Shown here piece by piece: positions 1-13,946 of a stretch of 64,000 nucleotides of DNA (position 1 is its first letter; every line of letters starts with the position of its first letter). The stretch covers positions 1,116,001 through 1,180,000 of the forward strand of contig AP026127.1 in the NCBI GenBank assembly GCA_030295235.1, in the 5' to 3' direction. A model generated the notes under the pieces. The model did not search any database. It was not told the DNA's origin and saw only the letters and a list, made by a program, of their open reading frames with translations. The DNA comes from Fistulifera solaris. Its lineage: Eukaryota. Position numbers and translations under genes: made by a program.

Positions 1-3000
1 AATGACGTGGTAAAGGATGTATCAAATCTGAACTTATCACGATACGTCGACGAGATCGTCACTGCAATTGTCGAAAGCAAGCCCAAGATAGCTGATCTTC
101 CTGTTGTTGTGGCGCTCTGCCAGGCAATGGATCTAAGATATGAGGACTTTCTATCAAATCTACTACGCGCTATTTGGAGTGTGATCAATACCACCAATAA
201 AAATGATCCGGAGACTTCAAAATTGCGCAGGGTATATTTTCGCCTCGTGACACAGCTTCACTTATCTGGTCTTTCGGTCGATGTCAAACCTATTGTTAAG
301 TGTATAGCCGAGGCTGTAGGCGCAAAGGACGACATTTACACCGTACAGGATGCGAATATCCTCGTTGCATTTGCAAAAGCTGCGAGTCCGGATATTTTCG
401 AAGTTATTCCTAAATCTGTTCAAGATTCTTTGGACTACATAAGGGTGCAACTTGAAAGTAGATCTGTATCGGTAACAGGGGAATCAGCCCAAGACGCACC
501 TGAAAAGATGACGGAACACACTCTTGAAAACGATGTCGCTAATTTACCCCCGTTGGTTGTTTCCGCTAAATTGTTGGAAGAAGCTTTTGAACGAAAGGCA
601 TTGCTAGACAGTATGGATGGCGAAACGGGTTTATGGGATCCTGACGATGTTGGAGGGCACAAAATTCTTGTGACTCACTGTAAAGGAGCCTATAAGGTAC
701 TTTCAAACTCGTTGGTACAGACACATGTCAAGCTTCAGAAATTGGTGAAACGTTGTGATCAAGATCGGCTACTTGCCGGGTCTCTCACAGAAGCACGTGA
801 AAAGGGCTTAGAAGATGCCCGCAAGCTGAAAGACTCATTGCAAAAAAACAGTGGAAGCTCTGGCGGATGTGATGGCTCTGGCTGTCCCGAACTTACTTGA
901 AGAAGAAGAATCTGACTTTGAGCTCTCGAAATCGGCAGGAGTTGAGGTGTGGACCAAAGGTGCTGACGAAGAAGCAGGCGACTTTGGTCCCTTTGATGAC
1001 GAGGAGACGAGGGCCTTTTATTGTGACATTCCCGACTTGCTGGCAACCATTCCGCCGGCTTTACTTGGAATGTCAGAAGATGACATTGAAAGCAAGACTG
1101 CCGAGAACGCAGTCAAATATGGTTCCGGATCTACCAGTGTTGTCTCTAACGAGGATATGACGGTGGAAATCACATCAGTGTCCGAAGAGCAACTTGACGC
1201 CGAAGAGGCCGAAGCCGAAAAAAGACAAAAATGGCGATGATAGCAATCTTGAAGGTATGTACGCGAATATGGATGAATTTGATTAGCGGCTGCCTCTGTA
1301 TAGTCATCTCACTAAACTCTTTGTAAACAGACGAAGAAAACGAAGATGCTCCGCACTACCGCCTCACAGTGCTGTTAGATCAGGAGCTACCAGAGTGCAA
1401 TCGACGCGAACAGGTTGATGACCTCAGCGAACGATTTTGCACTAATCACGGTTCATCGAAGAATTCGAGAAAACGTCTCACAAAGGCTCTCTTTCTTGTT
1501 CCTCGCTCAAGACTCGACTTACTCCCCTTCTATGCTCGATTCACAGCTACGGTAGATCGAGGTGTGGGGTGAAATTGGCCCGGCCTTGGTTACCGAGTTG
1601 GAGCAACAATTTCATGGCCAAACCAAGTTCAAGAAGAACTTGAACATTGAATCTCGAATGAGGACAGCCAGGTACATTGGGGAACTGACCAAATTTAGAG
1701 TGGCTCCGCCGATCGTTTTCCTCCGATGCATGAAACGATGTTTGGATGACTTCACTGGGAGCAATGTCGACATCGCTTGTACTCTCATGGAAAGTAGTGG
1801 CAGATTCTTATATCGCTTACCACATACTTCGACTCATCTTTCAAGCATAATGGAGATTATGACGAGACTTACTAAAGCGAAGGTACGGTTGCTTCGTTCT
1901 TCTTGTTGCTGACCAACACTGGATACCTCATTTTTTGAGCTGAGCAGAATCTTGATGAACGCTTGCAAGGTTTGGTCAATGCTGCTTTATACACCGTGAA
2001 ACCGCCATTGAAAGGTCCACGAAAGCGAGCCAAAGAGTACCCGCCCTTGGAATCGTATCTGCGTTGTTTGTTTTTTACTAGACTTTATCCCACAAACGCG
2101 TCCTGTTCGTTTGTGGCAAAACAGATCGCGCGTCTGCCGTGGCATGACCCAGCACAGGAATGCGGTGCTCTCGTTTGCAATTTGATGCTTAAGGCTGCCC
2201 GAAAAGGCAGGTATAAGACAATCCAAGCTATTGCAACTGTGGCAGGTAATCTAAGGACCCAAAAAGCAGCCGGAGAAGCCACCGTACGGCTAATTGACGC
2301 CGTCCTTGAGGAATTACGATGGGCTGTAGAAAAGCCGAACTTTCGCGACCAGCAGAGAGTTATTACGTATGCACGCCTACTTGGAGAACTCTGTAGTTCC
2401 TCGCAGGTTTCTGCACAAATAGTTTTGTGTCAGCTGTACGATTTCATTAATATTGGTCACGAGATACCTGAGTCTCTTCGAGAAGCCAGTCGGAAGCTAC
2501 TGTCCGAGCAAAACAATCAATCTGGAGCGGATTCTCTCTTTCCCGTTTACAACTCGAGTAGCGGTGTTTCACAAACTGTTAGGGAAGATGAAGAAATGGA
2601 AGAGCCGCTAGAAATAAGAACGGAGCAAGATGCAGCAGAACCAAAACCGGTTGCTGTGTCAGAATATTCGAAATTTGACCCTCGAGTACCTTCCGCTCAA
2701 GATCCTCCTAATTCAGCTTATCGTATCAAGTTGGTTTGCACACTTTTGGAAGTTTCTGCCAAGCAGCTGGCTTCGCGAAACAACTTATCGCGACTAAAGG
2801 GATTCTTAACAGCTTTTCAGCGTTATCTTTTCACCAAATCGATGCTACCAACAGATGTTGAATTCGCGTTACTTGACACTTTTGACGCTCTAGATTCCCA
2901 GTGGCGTCGAGTGGGAAAAGTAGGCAAGTCTGCAGATACGAAGATTACCGGCTTCCCCCGTTACGCAACTTGGTTTGAAGCACATAATGCAACTGTTGCC

Positions 3001-3877
3001 ATCGAGGAGGCGGAAGCCTTGTATGAACAACAGCAGCGGGCAACGTTAGCATCAGGGTCAACTTTAATTAGAGACGACGAAGACGATTCGTTATCCTCAG
3101 CTGATGGCGACGAAGACGATGGGTCGTCGTCCAGTGACGATGAGACGTTGTCAGATGCTCACGAAAGTTACATTCAGTCTGATAGGAGAGCCAAGAGTCT
3201 GACTCGGAGGGATCGTCAGACTCGGTTGAGGATTTTGAGAACGAGGATGTGTTTGACGAGGAAGCATATATGCGTCAACTCGAAGAAGAAGCTTTTGAAC
3301 GCGAATTGCGACGTGTGACAATGGAGGCGCTAGAAAAGGGAAAAGTGCATCGAGGAAACTCGTCGCGGACTATATGCCTTCCGGTTCACATAGCATTAAA
3401 AAGAAGCCCGATATTGCTGGAAAAGGGGGACCGATGCCAGAAAGTGGAATATCTTCGACAAATTTTCAAGGCGCAGGCATCAGCTTCCAGCTTTTGAAGA
3501 AAGGAAGCAAAGGAAAAGTGGAGGCTAAAGAATTGATTGTGCCAATGGACACCAACCTTGCTCTTGTTGCAACTAAACAAGATGACGAAGCAGCGAAAGA
3601 GCGTGATGTGATTAAACAGCGGGTACTACAATACGAAGCAGAAAGCGCAGAGTCTGAATATTCCGGTGGTAATGTCTATCTTGAACAAGAAAAACTGCAG
3701 GTAATTCGGAATCGTCCTCTCTTGATGGACGATATCGATAAAAATTTTGGTACCAGAGGCGGCAATCTTAGATCCTCCGATAAGCCAACGGGACGAGCAA
3801 CAGCTCGTCCACCGCTTTCAGGTCGTGGACGAGGTCGTGGACGAAGTAGCTCAAGCGGCAGAACGCTATTTGGATAA
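1..3877 (+). CDS. UPF2: Nonsense-mediated decay factor UPF2 (MIF4G domains), 5'-partial
   Basis: ORFs 7-900, 851-1240, 1369-1572, 1562-1912, 1963-3318 and 3374-3877 carry UPF2 motifs: LNLSRYVDEIV, FDDEETRAFY, RLDLLPFYARF, RYIGELTKF, RIKLVCTLL, an acidic tract and a C-terminal Upf2 segment. Likely introns ~1255-1330 and ~1883-1947; several 1-bp frameshifts. Confidence 0.9.
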
Positions 3878-4013
3878 GAAGCGCGAGAGGCGCTAATACT
3901 GTCGTAAAACCCTTAAATCTAATTTCAAGACCAAACGTCCATGAACTATATACACATGACATCTATTCTTTCGATTCCATTATCAATTCCTCTTCCTGAC
4001 ACGATGCGTTGAC

Positions 4014-5693
4014 CTAATTTTTCCGGCTACCAGCCTTCGACTTCTTGATGGCCCGTTGTTTGTCCTTCTTCTTCATTTTCTCCTTACGCTTTTCACTCTG
4101 AAGCTCCTTTACAGCTTTCTTGTTTGCTTTTCGATCAGCTTTGTATGCCTGTCGCTCAGCTGCGAGTTGCTCCGGCGTCCTGGCAACCTTCACGAAATCC
4201 TCTTTTTCGTCGTCGTCATCATCATCATCGTCATCCTCCGATCCCATCGATGCCGAATCTCCATCCTGACTTTCCACTTCCATGGCATCCATGGCGTTCT
4301 CCTCAATAATAACGTCTTTATTTTCCGATACAAATAAATTATCGGTCGAAGCATCTGATATTATTGATTGCACTGTTTTCGTCATACTGCTTCCAAGCTT
4401 TTTCGAGACAGCATCAACGACGTCTCGGTTCCCAGTCAGCGAAGCAACAGCTTGAGCGTAAGTGTCTTCTACTTCTCCCTTCTCTAACTTTTGAATCTCG
4501 TATTCCGCAACTTGATTGAGACTTCGGGGAAGAAAGCTGCTCATGAACACGGCCTCGTCGACAGCTTCTTGCTGCTCCGCCTTTAATTGTTCTTGCTTGT
4601 CTTGGTTGGATAAAAGTGCAACAGACGCGTCTACATGCTGCATGATTGCATCCAGACTGTCAAGCTCAGTCTGTTCTAAATCGTCTGCCAATGGTGAAGT
4701 AATGAACTCAAAAGCTGACGCGTCGTCATGACATTTAACCGACCAACTTTTCGAAAGTAATCGTTTACCGTGGATGCATCTTTTCGCAGGAAATCCAACG
4801 CGGAGGGATGATCCGATTCAACAGACTGACTCACATCAATGACATAGACTTGGTTGTTGTGCCAGAGTAAATTGTATTCACTCAAATCTCCATGAACTAG
4901 TTTGCATCGCTGATACAGATGCCTCATGATTAAGACACATTGCACATACGCTTCACGCAGTCGATTCTGACTTAAATTTGTATCTTTGAGGCGTGGTGAT
5001 GGCCAGCCGTCTTTTCCAATAAACTCCATTATCAAAACATGACTTTTCAAAAGAATGGGAGTAGGGCACGGGATGCCAGCTTGAAATATCCTTCGATAAT
5101 TGCGCATCTCTTTCTCCGCCCAGACTTTCACCATTTTTCGCGGATTCGACTTGCAATATCCTTTTTCTCCAACGGTGTTCCCCGGACACGTACTTGTCTC
5201 GGTCCTTAAACACCAAAATGCTTGTCTTATATATCTTGATGGCGTATTCAGCTACCTGTGAGCCTTCGGCTTCATTTATTTTCGAGGAACCTGCTTTCGC
5301 GTAGTACACATTCGCCTCCTTTCCGGTGGATAAACAGCCGTCCACAAGTTCCAGAAACCCACGACTCAACAATTTAAAAAGGATGAGGCGAGTGCGCGGA
5401 TCCAACACTTGCTCACTCGTCGCTCGGTCATCGCGACCCGTTGTCAACGTTCGTTTGTGCGTTTCCAGGTCTTGCATTTTAGCCACCGAATTGGCGACCT
5501 TGTGCGATAAATTCATTTCGCGTTGTCCGAAATTATTTGTTCCGCCGGACGATTTTGTATTCAAAAGCTCATCTTCGTCGAAAAAATCTTCGTCGTCGCT
5601 ACTTTCGTCAACATCGTACGTGCCGTAACCCGAAGTCAGTTCATCATCAGGATCGTCGAATTGACCTGGTGCTGCTGCTGCTTCGAAGGCCAT
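4014..5693 (-). CDS. RIO1: Atypical Ser/Thr kinase RIO1
   Basis: Motifs [69 protein letters not shown] and a Lys-rich tail. Split over three ORFs by frameshifts. Confidence 0.95.
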
Positions 5694-7332
5694 CTTACTA
5701 ATTGGTTGATGGAAGCAAGAACGGGGTAACTGAAGCAAATTGATAATGAAACAATACGAGTAGACTAATGAGAATGAATGAAAGAAGCAAACGCAAAATA
5801 AAATTCTTTGCGTCGTTTCTCTTGGTTGCGCGGTGGCCAATGCGGAAAGTGGGAACGAATGACAGACGTAGCACGGGACTGGGCTTATTCCCGAAACACT
5901 TTTGACGCCTCCCAACTCCCAACTCCCACCTCCCAACAAAGCAAGTTACCTGGTATTTCATTTACAATGCAGGTAATCGGCAATGAAGACAACTACCTGA
6001 AATATCAACGACATCAGCATACATCTTTCGAGAGTGCTTGATCGTCGAAAAGTCAATAGTGGGCCGGGTCCATTGAGCTATCTTCACATCAAGGACAAAC
6101 TCAACTCCTAGTTCTAGACTAATATCTTTTTTCTTAATAGTACTCCGTAACAAAATAAACACACGCTTTTATTTTGCATGCAAAACTAATGGCGTCGTGT
6201 CCGAACCCATTTTTGCCGCTAGTTTTGGCTACTTTGTATAGACCCCTAACAGGCTATTCTCATTATTTCTAACCTCTCCAGACGTAGGATTGAGGTCCGT
6301 GATGAGATGTGTGCCAAAGATAGAGAGGAGCATGAGGCGGTCGCTTCCGAGGTGCGAGACAGTAAAAGTCTAATTTGCGAGCGACGAGCTATTTCCAAAG
6401 CACGCGAATAAACCTTAGTTGCTCGTGAATCATCTTGAAGCAACCCAGCTAAGAGAAAGGCATAGGGTATTTCAGTCTTGGGGTGGACTACTGGCTTGAT
6501 TAGTGTTATAAGTTATAACGTTATAACTACTTGTTCTTATCACTCACTCTCACCTCTCGCTCTACGTTTTCCTTAGATGGTGGCATTAATGATTTTTTTG
6601 GCCATGCGTTCCCCGGTTATCACTTCCTCCTTCCTCGTTCCTCCGCGCATAATCCGAACAGTTCTGTCCTTTTATAGCGTGAGATGTACTCTCTGTATAA
6701 TGTCCGACGTCCGACGTCGTCCAGAAAGAGAGTCATAATTGTTGCCGTTTGCCGTGCCCAATTCCTACCAGGTAATTCCTTACTTCTTACTATTGTATTG
6801 AGTGTTGCGTGTTCGATGCTGAAAAACGGTCGCCTATGATTTCACTTGAAAATGTCCGGGGAACAAAGACGATATATCAGGTAGAATGTAGGGGGCTACT
6901 GCCTGATGTCCGACAGCTATTTATTTACTTAGCACGGTAAACGTTTTCTCTCAAATCTTTGAAATAAAAATTCAAACATTTACTGGCAGTGAATACGTAG
7001 TGTGGTACTTAAGACCAAGAACGGAGTATTCTACTGATCCGAAATGTACTGATTTCGTCATTATCAATTTTGTCCATTTTCAAGTTCCAGTCCTGTGTGC
7101 GATTCTTTTCGCCGCGAGTCATCGGTCATCACGAACATAAAAGTGTAGGGAATGTCTGTTTCTACCACGAGTCAGTACGTTTTCTACGTCATCGTTTGTG
7201 GACAATCCCAACAGAATACTCCGTACTGCACTGCAGGATGTTGAGGTGACTTTTCTGTCCCACCTGAACGAGAACCGAGAGAATAACACCGCCCAACTCC
7301 CAACCAAGAAGCAAACGCCTTTCGTGTTGCCC

Positions 7333-8621
7333 ATGCAAAGCATCCGCAAAAAGGCCACATCGGCTGCGGGGATAACGACTATCACATTAGCATCCAAGGG
7401 TGTTTCCGTTAGCAAAGACCTTCGAAACAAGCCATCTCTAGCAAGCGACATGACACACTTGGAGACCAGTGAGAAGGTGCAAGCTTCCGAGCTCGAGAAG
7501 AGCAAGCCGGAGGAGGAGGGCGCTTGTGAGCTCACCGCTGCAGCTGCTCTGACGAGCTTGGTATCATCAGCTACTGAGCCGACGAAAGACGCCGAAGAAC
7601 ACGACGATGATGAAGAAGAAGCCGATGACGGAGAAGATAACGCAAGCGATACCGACTTCAATATCCCGCAAAGGTACACGAGAAGTGGCCGCAAGCGAGC
7701 TGTCTCGTTTCCTTTGAAGGTACGTTGCCTCCTTGACTTGAATGTTTTAAACTCAGAGAATCATCATCACCCTCAATACAATCTGCTTTTTCCTCTCTTC
7801 AGCTAATGAAAGTTCTTTCTACGAAAACCAACGCCGATGTTATTGCTTGGATGCCCTCGGGAAAATCGTTTAGTATCCTGGACTCGAAACGTTTCATCTC
7901 GGATGTCCTTCCGGGCACATTCAAACAAGCCAAACTTTCATCATTCACGAGAAAGTTGCATCGCTGGGGATTCCTCCGTCATTACCGAGGCGAAGAATCG
8001 GGGCGTACTATCATGAAAACTTTCAAAAGGTCGCTTGGACTTGGTGGAGGCAATGACTTGCAACAAACAAGACACTACACAACCGCCGGCTGCCTCGATG
8101 CCCCTCGAAAGGCAGAGAGAACAACCCCGGCTGCACCGAAACCAAGTGCAAGTTCTGCTGCCAATATGCCTATGCGACGTCCTTCGACCGCTCTCGAAAC
8201 TGCTTTGGCTAGATCGCGCTTGCAAACTCCGGCACCACAGATGGGTGCGGCTGACTTGAGCGCAGCCATTGAGTTTGAAGTGGCTCGTCGAATTCGAGAG
8301 AAGATCAATGAAGATGCTCTTAACCGTCGCGCCTTGGCCCTTCTTCGAGAGCAGCAGCTTATGCAACAGCGACAGCAAGACCAGCAATTGCTTCTTCAGC
8401 TCAAACGTCAGCAAGAGCAGAGACTTCAGCTACTCGCAGCAATGCCACTGGCCAATCAAAATCAGCTTCGCTGGAGCCAACAAGGCATTACAATGCTGAA
8501 GACTTTGATTCCGGACGGCAAGCTGGCCTTGTCGGTGGCACCTGGCGGTAGCAGCCTATCGGAAAGTCAACCTTTCCAGAGTCTCCCCAAGACGAATATC
8601 ACTGGTGCCAAGACAGCTTAA
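7333..8621 (+). CDS. HSF-type DNA-binding transcription factor
   Basis: FPLK|LMKVL across a GT-AG intron (~7720-7802), IAWMPSGKSFSI, SFTRKLHRWGF and a Gln-rich C-terminus; typical of the expanded diatom HSF family. Confidence 0.85.
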
Positions 8622-8883
8622 GAGCAGACGCTCACATAGTCCGCACCTAAAACCGTTCAAATCAACATATAACTTAAGTATTATTAGTATTACATTGCGT
8701 ATTTACATGTGCTGCTTTAACCTGTCCATGTTATCTCGAGGACCGTCTACGAAGAAGTCAATCGCAACCGCAACTAAAGTTTTCCAACCGTTGTATTTCA
8801 AGTATAATGCAAGAACACGAATGCGTACAATACTACAGCAACTTAGGTTTGACAAAAAGTAATGTTTCTCAATCTTCCCTCTT

Positions 8884-9686
8884 TCAAAGTTTGTCGGAAG
8901 CCAACGACTTTTGTTGAAGAAATGTGTTCACAGCACCAGCGACTGCATTATCCACATCCCTCACAATAGCCGACCTCATCGATGCACTTCCCTGTTCTTC
9001 CATTTTCTCTTTCGACGTAGGTAGAATGTTTAGTAGGGTTTTCGGGAATACGACGTAGATCTTGGCATCCACCTCAAACTGGAGCGCCACAGAATCACCC
9101 GAGTCGACAACAGAAGCGGACGATTTGACCTCGTTGGATGTCTTCAAGAAGTCGTTCTCGCTTTCCTTGGACCGACCTGTCAGTTTATTGAAAAGCCAAA
9201 CGACAGGTGCTGCTCCGGAAACGGATTGCTTCTCTGCCAGCAAAAGAAACTCATATTTGGGTCGACCAGCCGAGTCTCGGACGAGAGTGCAACCATTGCA
9301 CACGGTCGAGAAAAGCGTAAGACCGGGAATTTCGAGTCCGTATCCGTAAGGAACAGTCGGGAGTCACTGTTTCGTTGGGAAAGAGATGGAGTTTTCCGAC
9401 AAATGTCGTCCCAGTAACCTTTAAAGACGGTCGAAAGGGTACCTTCTTCGACCTTGCGTTTACCTCCCGAGCTGAGCAACGATAGGCATATTTCGTTCGT
9501 TTCAAACAACTCGAGAAATTCTTGTTTTCGATCCACGGGTATTGGTTCAGACGTCAACTTATAATCGACCGAAAACGTGAGTGTTTCTTGATTGTTGGCG
9601 GCGAGTTGCAAGGCCGTAGACGGCCTCGTTGTTAAAATGACGTTCGCCGTTCCGCTCAACGCAAACAAAACTCCTAGCTTCCACAT
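8884..9686 (-). CDS. Hypothetical protein with N-terminal signal-like peptide
   Basis: ORFs 9180-9950 and 8884-9303 join through a frameshift near 9330; hydrophobic start MWKLGVLFAL. Confidence 0.5.
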
Positions 9687-10160
9687 GGCCAGCTCGAGTT
9701 TACTTTGCTTTAATTGCAATCTATTCACCAGCTTTGTCCAACAAAAGATCATTGTTGCATTGTTGGCCTCGAAAAAAGCGAAAAGCGCGAGTAAAAACGA
9801 GAGGTCGAATGCCAACGTCACACACGTCACGCAAGAAAAACCTGCGTCAAATTTTTGGATCGTGTTGCGACTTACGACATAAACGTTTTGGTGGCGCTCG
9901 GACTTCGTACGTGACTTGAACGTCACCTCGTGAAACACATGAGAACACACCGCCGTTTTGCGTTTTATGATTGCGATGAAGAAGTGTCATTGACTTCAAA
10001 AGCCTTCAGAACTTTCGAACATCCGAATTCATTCGAGGCAAACTTGCCACCCCTGCTGTCAACACGATGTAGTCGAGAAAATTCAGTTCAAAACAGTGAA
10101 AGCTGGCTGTCTCATTCGAAAAATTGTGCAATTTTGTAATGTTGTACTTTTGAAGTCAGG

Positions 10161-13100
10161 ATGATGGCAATTATCCTCTGTCGTTTTCGGTGCACACGTC
10201 AAAACCTTCCTCGCCATTTGTTTGTTCGCACCAAAGTAACATTGACGGTAGGCATCGCAAAGGAAACGTACAATGTATGGGAAAGTCGTGCTCCTATTAC
10301 ACCGGATCAAGTCGAACGCTTGCAGCGGAGCAGTCACGAACGCATTCGGTTTCTTGTGCAGCCTTCCGCGCAGCGCATTTTTTCCAACCAACAATATCAA
10401 TTAGCGGGAGCGGAACTCAATGAAGATTTGACCAAAGCCGATGTAATTTTAGGAGTGAAACGGCCCAAAGATCCCTCGGACTTGATACCCCACAAAACGT
10501 ATGTCTTCTTTTCACATACCACCAAAGGACAGCCGGAAAACATGCGTTTGCTGCAAGAATGTCTGCAAAAGAAGATTCAATTGTTTGATTACGAAAAATG
10601 GTATCGCCCGCATCCACGGGAAAAGTCCAGCGACTCGTATCGTTTGGTCGATTCGCGGGCATGGCCGGAACGATGGATTCGTTTCACGCACTCGGTCGAC
10701 GTTTGTTGCACCGCGACGGCGCCAACACGCCTCTGTTGGCCTGTCCGCCAGCCCTGATGAATCATACACTCGATCAAGCCCGAGAGCGAGTCAAGCAAAT
10801 GGGCGAACGCATTGCTGTGGAGGGTATCGTCGCGGTGACTGGAAAAGGCGGCACCGTGCATGGTGGTGTCATGGAAATTCTGGACTTACTCCCGCACGAG
10901 ATTGTAACAATCGATGACCTTCCGCAACTTGTTTCGAAAGAGCGATCGGGGGACAAGAGAGAACCGGAACGCAAAATCTATGTTGCGCCGATTGGCACGA
11001 GCGATGTGTACGAGCACTGCAGCGCGAATGTCAAATTCGACAGAAACGACTTCCGCGCCCATCCGTGTCATTACCGGCCTCTGTTTGCGAGTCGAGTAGC
11101 CCCTTATGTGCACTGCATTATCAACGCAGTCTACTGGGATCCACGGTTTCCGCGATTATTGACAAAGGAGCAGATTCGACGACAATTCGAACGAGGTAAC
11201 GATCGTACGTTCTCTCTCGGCATACTTTGCTTTTGTTCAGCAGGAATCATGTAGATCTGAGCTGCTGTGTAGTTTGCTCTTATTGTCAGACATTACGTGT
11301 GATGTGAATGGCTCTATTGAGTTTCTGGAGCGCACTACCACCATTGAGGAACCGTTCTTCAATTCACGACCCGCTCACCGGTACGGAAGTCTCGACAGGT
11401 ATAGGCACAAGCGGCATAACCGTCCTAGGTGTAGACATTCTTCCCTCGGAGCTTTCTCGTGAGAGTAGCGCTCACTTTGGAGAGGCCGTTTCTCATGTTC
11501 TCGAGCAAATTTTAACAACGAAGGACGAGGAAAAGGTGTCACATGACGGCATTGACACGAAGTCTTCTGTCACCCGGATTGGTAAGTAAATTGGACACTG
11601 TACATGTTGCTTTGCTGAACGATTCTAACAGCTTGGCTTCAGGCACAATCGTGTCTTACCAACTCGGATGGAAAGCTGGAATCGAGCTATCGTTACTTGT
11701 ATGCTATGCTAGAAAAGGCGCCTCCAATGAATAGGCTTCACAGGACTATGAACTTGGCACTCAAAGGGCACCTGTTCGACTCAGGACTCATTAATTTGAT
11801 AGCCGATTCTGTTGTGGATAATGGATGCACACTATCTTTCGAGGAGTGTATAATTCCGTCAGCGAAACCATTTTCAGGACAAAGCATGTCTTCTGTCGTG
11901 CTTAAGATTGCCGGACCCGATGACGACGTGTTGAAAGCAGTGGAAGAACAAGTGGAAAGTCTGGTCCGTATTATCCAAAAAGCTGAAGCGACGGTGGTTC
12001 GGAAAGATGCATTAAAGCCAGTGGCGGTGAAAGACAACCCCATCGAGCAAAGGGTTTTACTTCTTGGAGCAGGACTCGTGTCAAGGACCGTTGTCAGCTT
12101 TTTTGGCAAGCAGGACCATCTTAAAATCATTGTTGCATCCGATTCCGATAAATCAAGTAGGGCCACCGCCTCAGTTTCCAGTAACGCAGAAGCGGTCACA
12201 ATTGACGTTCATAAAGACCCCAGCTCTTTGTCGACTTTGATCGAAGCATCCGACGCTGGTGATTTCACTTCTACCGGCTCCAATTCATCCTCTGATCAGC
12301 GCACCAATGCCTTCGTCATAGAAAGCATCTTATTACTGCAAGCTATGAGAGCGAAGAAATGCGATCACTCGGAGACAACGCGAAACGATCTGGCATTATA
12401 ATTCTCAATGAAGTAGGTTTGGACCCAGGACTCGATCACATGAGCGCCATGAAAATCATCGGCGACATTAAATCGCTGAGGTGGCAAGGTTACAAACTTT
12501 TCTAGTTATTGTGGCGGACTACCATCACCGGATGCAGCTAATAATGCCTTGAAGTATAAGTTTAGCTGGAGTCCAATGGGTGTTATTCGGGCAACCAAAA
12601 ACGACGCAAGATACCGAAAAGACGAGCAACTGTTTGAAATTGCTGGCTGTGGATCTGCTTTCACACGCAACACCGTTCCATTACGCCCTGGCCAGATCTC
12701 GCTCTAGAACATTTGCCAAATCGGAATTCGCTTGCCTATGAGGATATTTACAACATCAAAGGTGCAGCAACAGTGTATAGAGCGACTTTGCGTTACCAGG
12801 GATTTTCAGCTATCATGGACATCTTCAAGAGATTAGGTCTTTTTGAAGAGACTCCGCTCAAAGGGTCAACTTGGATCGACGTTATAAAGGAGCAAACGCA
12901 CAATTTTGGAGACACAGGATCGCTTCACGGTTTTTTGTTATCAAAGACTGGTAACGCCAGAACTGGCGTCGGTTGCATTCCAAAACGATGGAGCGTTTCG
13001 GCATGACAAGCGACGGCCAGTACCAACGTCATCCTCTCTAGTCGATGCATTTTGTAAAGTTCTGGAAAACAACATGCAGTACGAAAGACACGAACACGAC

Positions 13101-13398
13101 ATGGTACTTATGCACCATACTATCGGAAGCAATTTTCGAAGACAATTCTTTAGAACGGCATCAATCCAACCTTCGTCTTAGGTGATGAGACAGATTCAGC
13201 CATGAGTAAAACTGTTGGCTATCGACTGCTGCTGCCACCAAGCTCATATTGGACGGCTCACTGAGGAACCACAGTGGTCTCTTGCTGCCAACATTCCCAG
13301 CTATCTATGAGCCCGTTCTCGAGCAGTTAGCTGGAGAAGGTATCGTTTTTGATGACGATGTGTCTGTTTCATCACGTCAATGGATCCAGGAGGACTAG
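10161..13398 (+). CDS. AASS: Bifunctional lysine-ketoglutarate reductase/saccharopine dehydrogenase
   Basis: WESRAPITP, FFSHTTKGQPENM, FGRFAGMAG, YWDPRFPRLL, DITCDVNGSIEF, VDILPSEL, VLLLGAGLVS, then DNA encoding NEVGLDPGLDHM and YKFSWSP, PNRNSLAY and HDMVLMHH. Many frameshifts; probable introns ~11206-11272 and ~11582-11642. Confidence 0.92.
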
Positions 13399-13946
13399 CG
13401 TAGTCTTACAACTATTTCGACTTAACTGGGAGTCCTCACCAATTCATAACAAAATCTAAACACTTCACATAGACTAGAGGCTGATTCTTCTCGGAATAGA
13501 CTTCACGTTAGTTTTATGTGGGTTCTTTTTACACGGCCTAAATTTGGGAAACTGGGTACCGGATTCAAGTCTTTTAGGGAGAGCAAATTAACAACAAAAC
13601 CAAAAATGGGTCACAACGGAAATTGAGACGCGCATTGCGAACACCGCGACCGCGACCCTTTTCGAAACCTCTTTTTTTTGGACTTTTCACCATGCGAACG
13701 AATGAAAAGGAATTCCCTTCGACGACTCCGTTGTCGGGTCGTGTGAATTTGACGAGCCGATGCATGTGCAATAAAAAGAAGTTACTGTCTTTTCGATCGT
13801 TCCTGTTGAGACGTGACTACACTGCGTCGTTTCCGTGTCGCAGATTCGCAAGATTGATTGAAATATTGTGACAACCTTCATATCGCGCTTCCCGCCATCG
13901 AATTTCCGTTTCATTGAATTACTTTATAACCTTCATTCAAAACATT

